Shown here piece by piece: positions 7,009 to 14,081 of a stretch of DNA of 32,052 nt. Positions within the stretch are counted from its first letter, which is position 1; each line of letters begins with the position of its first letter. The DNA is from a virus. The stretch spans positions 1-32,052 of IMG/VR virus record IMGVR_UViG_3300045988_137377; one strand, written 5' to 3'. A program made the translations under genes and the position numbers. Below the pieces are notes generated by a model. That model saw only the letters and a list, made by a program, of their open reading frames with translations, ran no database searches and was not told the DNA's origin.

Positions 7009-7070
7009 ATCCAGTATATCACGTTAGTGTATGGTGCTATACCAGATGTACATGTGATAATAAACACACA
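7009..7070. promoter_or_regulatory. Divergent promoter region: leftward extended -10 TGATATACT (-10 at 7013-7018, minus) and rightward extended -10 TGTGATAAT (7053-7061, plus)
   Basis: Both -10 elements carry the TGn extension, and the leftward one has the same GTGATATACT context as the cassettes. Palindrome ATGTACAT at 7046-7053 lies between them. Confidence 0.5.
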
Positions 7071-7102
7071 AAAACAGCTTGCGCTTCGACCCATGTAATG
7101 CC

Positions 7103-7384
7103 ATGATTAAATACATGAAATACATTCTGATTCACGCCGACACATTAGAGCACCTGGCACAAAAGCTCACCAAAGTATTCAGGCAGCACGGCAAATACTG
7201 CTCATACGCAACCGCGAAAAAGGTTGCGGAAAAATACACCACAATCGCAGGCAACGGCATACACGCAAAACAGCGAGGCTACGCACGGGCAATGAAATTC
7301 ATCCTACACACCTCAATCGACAACCTAGTCGCCGATCTGCGATACGAAATCGCACAGCAGAAAGTGGTGCGGTTCGATGCGTAA
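7103..7384 (+). CDS. Hypothetical protein, first gene of the rightward operon (start uncertain: TTG 7079, ATG 7103 or ATG 7115)
   Basis: ORF lies downstream of the rightward promoter with no clear SD. No motif recognised. Confidence 0.5.
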   Translation: MIKYMKYILIHADTLEHLAQKLTKVFRQHGKYCSYATAKKVAEKYTTIAGNGIHAKQRGYARAMKFILHTSIDNLVADLRYEIAQQKVVRFDA

Positions 7385-7664
7385 TATTAGCCTGAAAATC
7401 ACCAAAGACAAGTCCGGTGTAGTCGAGGTAAAACCGCATGACACCACAGAGCTAGCATTCGAGGAGAATACTCGCCTAGAAAACGCGCTAAAAGAGCTAA
7501 ACTTCCTGCGGTCATACTCTAGCCGCCTAACCATCCGTCTGGCTTCCTGGGATGCCGTAGAAGCTGCATTCGATGGTGAGAGAGTGCGAGTCGTACCGGA
7601 TAAAACCAAAAATCCGGATAAATATGCAGAAATCTTATTCTCGATTGGTGAAGAAAATGAGTAG
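7377..7664 (+). CDS. Hypothetical protein (95 aa)
   Basis: Its ATG overlaps the upstream stop (ATGCGTAA), indicating a coupled operon. Confidence 0.55.
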   Translation: MRNISLKITKDKSGVVEVKPHDTTELAFEENTRLENALKELNFLRSYSSRLTIRLASWDAVEAAFDGERVRVVPDKTKNPDKYAEILFSIGEENE

Positions 7665-7983
7665 CAAGACGATTCTGCGCCATGTAGTCACTGTGCACAT
7701 TATCGAAGATACGGCGGCACTAAATACATCTCGGCTCTCGCAAGCGGCTTTCAAAAATGCTTACGCACAGTATGCAGCGATAGCCAAAGAGCTAGACGAA
7801 TATGACATGCCACTCACAGATAAGCTCGTATGGCGCACACAGCGTGTAGAAGACCTTGTAGACAAGGCGCTAAAGCGATACGGTATGCGTGTAGCACGAA
7901 GCAAAACCGCCATAGAGTCACTGAATAGCAAGAAAGGCTATTTAGCCCTGCATATTACCCTGGAAGAAGCGAAAGGTGAGTAG
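7657..7983 (+). CDS. Hypothetical protein (108 aa); start moved to ATG 7657
   Basis: MSSKTILRHV follows GGTGAAGAAA and overlaps the upstream stop. The ORF-track start 7573 would overlap the preceding gene by 90 nt. Confidence 0.55.
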   Translation: MSSKTILRHVVTVHIIEDTAALNTSRLSQAAFKNAYAQYAAIAKELDEYDMPLTDKLVWRTQRVEDLVDKALKRYGMRVARSKTAIESLNSKKGYLALHITLEEAKGE

Positions 7984-8329
7984 TAAACACAAACCGCCAT
8001 ATTTGCTATTTCGTTTCGATCATAAAGAGCTTGTGGTGCTTTACAGGCGCAAGCCAGATAAAGACAGGCTCATATACACATTCCGTAGGTTAGTTAGTGG
8101 TGCTGTCGAAATATTCACTCGACGAGGCGACATGAAAAACAGTCCTATAGCAGCAGCAACGTTTGAACTTCCGGAGGAAAACATAGCGAATGCCATAGTT
8201 ACAATGACGGATGCCAGTAAATATGTTGATATTCTAAGCGCATTGCCTTGGGAGGCTGATGTTATTGAGGGCTTGCCTGCTGACGTAGATACACTAATAC
8301 GGGAACGCATTCCTGGATACTATAACTAA
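7976..8329 (+). CDS. Hypothetical protein (117 aa), GTG start
   Basis: GAAAGG precedes the GTG, which overlaps the upstream stop (GTGAGTAG). Confidence 0.55.
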   Translation: MSSKHKPPYLLFRFDHKELVVLYRRKPDKDRLIYTFRRLVSGAVEIFTRRGDMKNSPIAAATFELPEENIANAIVTMTDASKYVDILSALPWEADVIEGLPADVDTLIRERIPGYYN

Positions 8330-8411
8330 ATATGACATATATCACCCTCTCCCAGCTTGGTTTAGTCGGTAGGGGGTGATACACTAGAGATACAAGGAAA
8401 GGAAAAGAAGA
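8330..8411 (+). promoter_or_regulatory. Early cassette E, the only plus-strand copy: inverted repeat 8342-8379, extended -10 TGATACACT (-10 at 8380-8385), leader and RBS
   Basis: 8342-8421 is the exact reverse complement of 1563-1642 (cassette C plus the first 10 nt of the downstream CDS). Confidence 0.6.
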
Positions 8412-8606
8412 ATGAAAAAAGCAATCATCACCGCAATAATCATTAGCGCAGTAGTCATAGGAGCATCAGTAATCGTATGCACCCCCACCCTAAGCATCAT
8501 GGAGTTCGACGCAGAACAAATGGCATACGGAATCTTCGCAATGGCAGCAGCAGCACTAGGCGCACGCGAATACGTCGCGTGGAAAACCCGAAAGGAAAAG
8601 AAATAA
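8412..8606 (+). CDS. Small membrane protein (64 aa, two hydrophobic segments, basic C-terminus)
   Basis: IITAIIISAVVIGASVIVC and AYGIFAMAAAALGA segments. Strong RBS from cassette E. Confidence 0.6.
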   Translation: MKKAIITAIIISAVVIGASVIVCTPTLSIMEFDAEQMAYGIFAMAAAALGAREYVAWKTRKEKK

Positions 8607-8752
8607 TGAAAATCACCGAATACTGCTACAACCTACTAGTAGGGATGTGCATACTCCTGTTTATCGGCTTCACTATCGCCGCAATATTCGGGAATTACTT
8701 CGCTGCGCTGCCAGCGCTCCTGTTCCTCGTAATCCTAAAACTCACACTCTAG
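8606..8752 (+). CDS. Small membrane protein (48 aa, two hydrophobic segments); start at ATG 8606 (TAATG overlap)
   Basis: MKITEYCYNLLVGMCILLFIGFTIAAIFGNYFAALPALLFLVILKLTL. AAGGAAAAG lies upstream. Confidence 0.55.
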   Translation: MKITEYCYNLLVGMCILLFIGFTIAAIFGNYFAALPALLFLVILKLTL

Positions 8753-8764
8753 AAAGGCACACTC

Positions 8765-9010
8765 ATGAAAATCACCAAAAACATTGCAACATTCGGTTGG
8801 GTAATGCTCGGTCTATCCGCATTTCTTCTATGCGTAAACATTCTATCCGCAATGATCGGAGAAACACTCTACGCGGATATGCTGTATGTTGCAGGATGCG
8901 CGATCATCGGAGTAGCGCTACTTGCACCGCACGCACTAGCTGTGTATATGCAATATAAATTGCACCAGATTGAGTATCAAGACGTAAAATTAGCTGATAT
9001 ACTGGATTAG
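8765..9010 (+). CDS. Small membrane protein (81 aa, two hydrophobic segments)
   Basis: MKITKNIATFGWVMLGLSAFLLCVNIL and LYVAGCAIIGVALLAP segments. Confidence 0.55.
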   Translation: MKITKNIATFGWVMLGLSAFLLCVNILSAMIGETLYADMLYVAGCAIIGVALLAPHALAVYMQYKLHQIEYQDVKLADILD

Positions 9011-9080
9011 TACCAAGTAAACAAAACTATCTATAATGGATTCAGGTATTGTTTTCTGGTTTCCGGACGAAACAAAATTA

Positions 9081-9118
9081 TCCCCCGCACCTAATTCATG
9101 TGGCAGGTGCGGGGGATA
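9081..9118 (-). terminator. Convergent (probably bidirectional) terminator between the plus-strand block and the end of the late operon
   Basis: 13-bp perfect stem atcccccgcacct/aggtgcgggggat. In minus sense it is followed by AATTTTGTTT. It lies 10 nt after the holin-like gene stop. Confidence 0.75.
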
Positions 9119-9127
9119 ATTCTATAC

Positions 9128-9664
9128 TTAGCGGGCTACAGAATCACTCGGGAACTGATCCGGGTTTTCATCAACCCAACCAACACGCGGGTCATAAATC
9201 TGCCCAGGCGCGCCGCCCTCAGGTGCGCCTTCCTCACCGTAACGGTACTGACGACCACCAAGAGCTTCCTTCTCCCACTGCTCACGCATAGAATCACCCG
9301 GGTTAGGCTTCACCTCTGACACATGCTCAGGTGCAGGATCACCCACGACACCACGGGCGATAGCCTCCATAGCCTCGTAGAAATCAACAGAACCTACAGC
9401 CTTAGAAACAGCTTCACCAACATGCGAGTCAACAGCATCAGACACGACACCCTCAGTATGAGCCTTTTCACCAACAGCGTTGCGACCAAAGAAATACGCG
9501 GTAGCACCAAGGATCAGAGTAGAGATAGCCGACTGGACTTCACTAGGTAGTTCGATACCAAAGCGGCCAGCAATGAAGACGAGAATAGTCATCACAGCGC
9601 CGACCATAGCCACACCCATAGTTGCGGTCTTGGTAACATTACCTGCGTAACGCTCATTATTCAT
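9128..9664 (-). CDS. Holin-like membrane protein (two N-terminal TM segments, long acidic C-terminal tail)
   Basis: TM-like segments MGVAMVGAVMTILVFIAG and AISTLILGATAYFFG. Immediately downstream of the endolysin. Two Met codons (M1, M16) precede TM1. Confidence 0.6.
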   Translation of the reverse strand: MNNERYAGNVTKTATMGVAMVGAVMTILVFIAGRFGIELPSEVQSAISTLILGATAYFFGRNAVGEKAHTEGVVSDAVDSHVGEAVSKAVGSVDFYEAMEAIARGVVGDPAPEHVSEVKPNPGDSMREQWEKEALGGRQYRYGEEGAPEGGAPGQIYDPRVGWVDENPDQFPSDSVAR

Positions 9665-9688
9665 AATAATTTCTTCCTTCTATCAGTA

Positions 9689-10492
9689 TTAGTTAGGGAA
9701 TTCCCGGTACATGGTCTGAGCGTCTTTATCGAACTCAGCCTTACGTGCTTCCGCCTGGGTAGATTCATCATACCCTAGAAGATTACGCAGACCGACAGCC
9801 AACGAGCCATCCTTCATACGGTGCGGGATACCTACACGGAACTGGTTAAACAGCACCTTCACCATGCGCACACCTGCCCAAGTATTCTGATCTACCTCAC
9901 GCACCATCTCGGATAGTGTTCGGTTGCCCCATTCGGGGCGGCGAGTGTTGAAGACTACTTCTTCAAGTTCTTGTTTGGTTGCCATATCAAACCAATCTTT
10001 CTGAGAGCTTGCGCCCCCGTTGTAGTATTGCATTGCGCGGCGCGTCATCTCGCCCTTGCTCCACGTGCCAGAGCACTCTGTAGAGAACCAATCGCGGTGC
10101 TCAGTTAGCGGGATAATACGCCCCTGCTCGCGCCAAATATCAGCGATACGCTCAGCAACAGTATTCATATCACCCTCGCTCATACGCGGGTTACATTCAA
10201 GCGTAATACTCTGAGCATTACCCTTAGCGTTACCGTTAGCCCACGCCGCAGCAGAATGATCGACAATGCATCCAACGATACCGTCAGAGATAACCTCATG
10301 AGCACTCGTACCAACAGTAGGTGAGTCACAGAAGAACGCCATGACCTGCTCCCAGGTCTGCCCCCACTCAGGCTTACCCCACCAGTGCAATGTGATGTTC
10401 GTGATAACACGCGGGTACCCAAATGTTGACTGGACAAGGTAGCCCGGCGTGAAATTCTTCGCGTCACGGTCAGTCACAAATTTGTATGCCAC
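9689..10492 (-). CDS. Endolysin: N-acetylmuramoyl-L-alanine amidase (Amidase_2/PGRP type) with an unassigned C-terminal domain; GTG start
   Basis: ITLHWWG...TSAHEVISDGIVGCIVDHSAAAWANGN...SITLECNP fits the amidase_2 pattern. GAGGAGG lies upstream of the GTG. Confidence 0.8.
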   Translation of the reverse strand: MAYKFVTDRDAKNFTPGYLVQSTFGYPRVITNITLHWWGKPEWGQTWEQVMAFFCDSPTVGTSAHEVISDGIVGCIVDHSAAAWANGNAKGNAQSITLECNPRMSEGDMNTVAERIADIWREQGRIIPLTEHRDWFSTECSGTWSKGEMTRRAMQYYNGGASSQKDWFDMATKQELEEVVFNTRRPEWGNRTLSEMVREVDQNTWAGVRMVKVLFNQFRVGIPHRMKDGSLAVGLRNLLGYDESTQAEARKAEFDKDAQTMYREFPN

Positions 10493-10494
10493 TA

Positions 10495-10971
10495 TTAGCC
10501 TCCTCTCTTAGCGGCTCGCACAACCGGCAAAACGCCAGTCTGTGCCAATAGTATATTATCAACCCGTTCACGCTCATGCCGCATCTCATTGCGCACACCC
10601 TCAATATGCGTACGTAACTGAGAATGCTCTTCCAGGCCGTCAGATATAGCCTTGCTCAATTCGCGCTGCTTATCGCCCTGGCGTGACTGCTCAGCCAGTA
10701 TAAGGTCTAACCTGTCTCGCATTTCGTCCAGATCGTCACGCAAATTCGTACCATGATCGTTTTTTACCTGGTGCTTAGCTATCTCAACGTCTTTGCTGAC
10801 GACGTGCACTTTCTCACCAACAGTGCTAACCTGATCTGACAGTGTTGATAACTTGCTACTAACAGCCTTGTAAATATATATGCCCGTCGTCCCTGAGATG
10901 ACTATTGCGGCAGACATGATAATCAGTGCATCAACCACAGGATGCCCTGTTTTAGGTAATTCAATGTTCAC
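10495..10971 (-). CDS. Membrane-anchored coiled-coil protein (158 aa), first gene of the lysis cassette; start moved to GTG 10971
   Basis: GGGGGA lies 7 nt upstream of the GTG. One TM (VVDALIIMSAAIVISGTTGIYIY) is followed by a heptad-like charged region. The ORF-track start 11082 would run through a terminator and promoter. Confidence 0.55.
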   Translation of the reverse strand: MNIELPKTGHPVVDALIIMSAAIVISGTTGIYIYKAVSSKLSTLSDQVSTVGEKVHVVSKDVEIAKHQVKNDHGTNLRDDLDEMRDRLDLILAEQSRQGDKQRELSKAISDGLEEHSQLRTHIEGVRNEMRHERERVDNILLAQTGVLPVVRAAKRGG

Positions 10972-10994
10972 CCATATTCCCCCTTTTTTTGTCG

Positions 10995-11010
10995 CCTGAA
11001 TTATACCTCT
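10995..11010 (-). promoter_or_regulatory. Candidate lysis-cassette promoter (perfect TATAAT, plus coordinates 11000-11005)
   Basis: Minus-sense GAGGTATAATTC lies in an AT-rich gap directly after a terminator. No good -35. Confidence 0.4.
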
Positions 11011-11029
11011 AAAACATAGGAATACTTGA

Positions 11030-11071
11030 ATATAAAACTGCACCCGCACTAAACATAAAGCGCAGGTGCAG
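11030..11071 (-). terminator. Intrinsic terminator after the tail-fibre extension ORF
   Basis: Minus-sense ACTGCACCTGCGC...GTGCGGGTGCAGT followed by TTTTATATT. Confidence 0.6.
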
Positions 11072-11088
11072 TATATACTCAAGGTAAG

Positions 11089-12039
11089 CTATGACGCATC
11101 ATAAAACACGCCTGTAATCTCACCCCAAGTACCACCATGAAGCTCAATACCAGAACTAGACCGCAAATCGGAATAAGGGAACCACAGCAGCCGCTCGCGC
11201 GAACCATCAGCACGGATAACAGAGTAAACCATGACATTGCCCTCGCGTTTCAGCTCTATGCCCTTATCACCAGGTTTCACGTCTCGATTCTCATAACCGC
11301 GAGTATCAGTATTAGACCAACGAAGATCATACCCAGCCGTAGCGTTTATATACTCGCGCCCGATACCATCAGCCTTAGGCGCAGTAGAAACAGCGCGCTT
11401 CTCAATCGAGATAGCCGACCGCTCCCACGTGTCACCGCCACCATTAGTAGAAGCCTCAATCTTCGGCCCCTCACCAGTCCACGAAATGACAGCATACGAA
11501 CCATCATTCACAAACAGGCCAGAAGGTGATACAAGAGACTGCTTCTGGATAGGCGCATTATTGGGCGCCTCCAAAGGCTCACCAGTCTTACTCGACACAG
11601 GACGCTCGTAAGACCTTGCCTTACCATCCGGCGTTTTCAAGCCAGGTGCCCAGAAATACTCACGCAACACACCAGTTTTCATATCGCCGTCCTTCCAGCC
11701 GCCATGAGCCCAAGTGAATACCCACTGGATAGGCTTCTCACCCGGCTTAGGCGCATCCGCCACCTGATAGCTCAGCTGAGACCAATCAGAGTGCTTATCA
11801 CCCTTCACGGCGCGCACCTGGATAATACCAGACTGCCCCGCCCTAACAGTGAACACATGACCAGGCTGAGCAGGTGCGGGCGAAGACCCGTCAATAGCGA
11901 TCTGGTAGCCAGTAGCACCAGTAACAGTATCCCAAGTAACCGTCAAATTGGTGCCACTAGCCTCAACACGCAGACCAGTAGGCGGAGGAACATTATCCGC
12001 GTCAGAAACATGTTCACCTTTACCGCCCGCCTGTTCTCT
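11089..12039 (-). CDS. FN3-like domain plus unknown C-terminal domain; open from the TGA at 12040-12042, with no ATG/GTG/TTG before TTG 11946; probable readthrough extension (or severed part) of the fibre gene
   Basis: Same frame as 12040-14079. PPPTGLRVEASGTNLTVTWDTVTGATGYQIAIDG...SDWS is one FN3-like domain that begins upstream of the first possible start codon. Confidence 0.6.
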   Translation of the reverse strand, partial: REQAGGKGEHVSDADNVPPPTGLRVEASGTNLTVTWDTVTGATGYQIAIDGSSPAPAQPGHVFTVRAGQSGIIQVRAVKGDKHSDWSQLSYQVADAPKPGEKPIQWVFTWAHGGWKDGDMKTGVLREYFWAPGLKTPDGKARSYERPVSSKTGEPLEAPNNAPIQKQSLVSPSGLFVNDGSYAVISWTGEGPKIEASTNGGGDTWERSAISIEKRAVSTAPKADGIGREYINATAGYDLRWSNTDTRGYENRDVKPGDKGIELKREGNVMVYSVIRADGSRERLLWFPYSDLRSSSGIELHGGTWGEITGVFYDAS

Positions 12040-14079
12040 TCAAAAGACAGCACCCGGCACGATGCCGTAGAGATGTGTGCCTGCACGAACCAGGATAACC
12101 AGGCCACTAGCAGGCGCAGCACCATTCTTGGTCTGCCACGTCACACCCTCAGGGTGAGTAACATTATCCAGCAGGAAGAACCAAGCAACATCCGTACCCT
12201 CAGGCAGAGAATACGCACGACCGTTCACAACCTGCACAGTCTCCAACTGAGAAACACGCTTCTCAAACGGCAAAACATTATTAATCCAAGCCTTCGCACG
12301 ATCAGCAACCCACTCAGCCGGTGCCTTATCATACGGGTTCTGGTCTGGTTCATCCTCGCTACCATTACCAACAGCAAAAGTACGATCCGTAGCATATAGG
12401 TGCCCGATACCAGCCTTATCAGCCTTAGCGAACACCGCATCCACATTATCCTTAGTGATGCCATGCACAACATGCCAAAACCGCCACGACGGCATACCAT
12501 CATAATGGCGCGGATGAATATCAGTCACCTTCGCATCAATATACTTCTGAGCGTTAGACTCATAGGTTAACGCAATGTCGCACGCATCCATCATCTCAGG
12601 GCGCGTATTCGACCCAGGGTTAATAATAACTAGTGTATCCTGCCCAGCAATTTCCTTAATCTTCCCGTACAGGCGCTTATAGTACGGCATGATAGCCTTC
12701 TGCTCATCATCCCAGCCATTCACAACCTCGTCAAGGAAGATAGCGAACTTCTTTAGACCGCCACCATTCTTGTACCAAGTCACAAGGTTGCGCACCTGTG
12801 CAAGAATAGCTTCCTCAGTGTCTTCACGCACAGCCTCAGCAGAAACGTTCAGGTTCTTACGGATACGCTCAAAATACGCAGGCGTAGCAAACTCTGAGTT
12901 AGCGCCGTACCGAGTCTGCAAGTAGAACGCTACGTACTTAGCACCAGCCGCCTCAGCAAGCTTACCTTGAGTCAAGAAGTCGTTATCAACCTTGTCACCC
13001 CAGTTGCCAGAAGACTTATTCAGAATCACAATACCCAGCGTGTCACCAAATAACAGCGTCTTTTCCCACTGCGACACCTTACCGGGTTGGTCGCGGTTAT
13101 AGTAATCAGGCCAGTAATAGGTAACCATTGAAATATTGCGTTGTCCGAACCCGTGATTACGCTCACCAATATTCATATCGGCGATAGCCCGAGACACAAC
13201 CGGGGCAACATTCTTCTCAGACTCACGCAAAATATCAGTCTTAGCGGCATCAATCTTACCGTCAATAGTCTGATCTACAGAGTCTAGCGCCTCAGAAACG
13301 ATATTAGTCCGCGCCTGCTCGATACCCTGGCTAATCTTCGTGTCGATAGTGCTATTAACAGACTCAGTAGCCGCCTGCACAATACCAGGCTTAGCTTGCT
13401 CAATCTTAGAATCAATCGCAGAACCAGCAGTACGGAGAATATCACCCTTCAACACCTGCGACTTGGCGTCAAAAGCCGAATCAATCTTAGGGGTAACAAC
13501 AGACTCTATCTTCCCATCAATAGACGAATTGACAGACTGCACCACCTCATCCTTGATAGACGCAGACTTTTCTGTAATTACAGAAGAAACCTTCGCCTCA
13601 ATCGTAGGAGTCACACGCTCATCAATCTGCCGAGTAATCTCACTACCAGCCGCAGCCTGCACAGCTGCCGGCAGCTTCTCAGACAGTTGCGACTCGACAA
13701 CAGTAGCCGCCTGAGACTGAATCATCCCAGGAACAGTAGCCTGAATACGCTCGTCAGCAACAGCACCAGCATGCTCACGCACACCAGACTCAACAGCAGC
13801 CGGAATAGTAGTAGACACTACAGGAGCAATAGCATCAGCAACAGCAGACTGCACACTATCCTTCGCAGCCTGCACAGCCTCAGACTTCACACCAGCAACC
13901 TTATCGGTTGCGGCTTGCTCTGCCGCCTGCACAGCGACAGACTGAATATCCTGCTTCGCCTCGATTACCTTCTCGGTAGCAACCTGCTCAGCAGCCGCAC
14001 GAGCAGACGCAAGCGGGAGACCCGTAAGCGCCCCACTCTCATCAGCAATAACCAGCCGATTCAACCCGCTAATAGCCAT
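12040..14079 (-). CDS. Tail fibre / depolymerase: N-terminal Ala/Val/Gln-rich helical region with S-x-ID-x-KI repeats, central Spherulin4-like (GH135-like) glycosidase domain
   Basis: YYWPDYY...GIVILNKSSGNWG...YVAFYLQTRYG...FAIFLDEV...LVIINPGS...CDIALTYES follows the Spherulin4 (PF12138) block order. Position is after the baseplate genes. Confidence 0.65.
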   Translation of the reverse strand: MAISGLNRLVIADESGALTGLPLASARAAAEQVATEKVIEAKQDIQSVAVQAAEQAATDKVAGVKSEAVQAAKDSVQSAVADAIAPVVSTTIPAAVESGVREHAGAVADERIQATVPGMIQSQAATVVESQLSEKLPAAVQAAAGSEITRQIDERVTPTIEAKVSSVITEKSASIKDEVVQSVNSSIDGKIESVVTPKIDSAFDAKSQVLKGDILRTAGSAIDSKIEQAKPGIVQAATESVNSTIDTKISQGIEQARTNIVSEALDSVDQTIDGKIDAAKTDILRESEKNVAPVVSRAIADMNIGERNHGFGQRNISMVTYYWPDYYNRDQPGKVSQWEKTLLFGDTLGIVILNKSSGNWGDKVDNDFLTQGKLAEAAGAKYVAFYLQTRYGANSEFATPAYFERIRKNLNVSAEAVREDTEEAILAQVRNLVTWYKNGGGLKKFAIFLDEVVNGWDDEQKAIMPYYKRLYGKIKEIAGQDTLVIINPGSNTRPEMMDACDIALTYESNAQKYIDAKVTDIHPRHYDGMPSWRFWHVVHGITKDNVDAVFAKADKAGIGHLYATDRTFAVGNGSEDEPDQNPYDKAPAEWVADRAKAWINNVLPFEKRVSQLETVQVVNGRAYSLPEGTDVAWFFLLDNVTHPEGVTWQTKNGAAPASGLVILVRAGTHLYGIVPGAVF

Positions 14080-14081
14080 AA

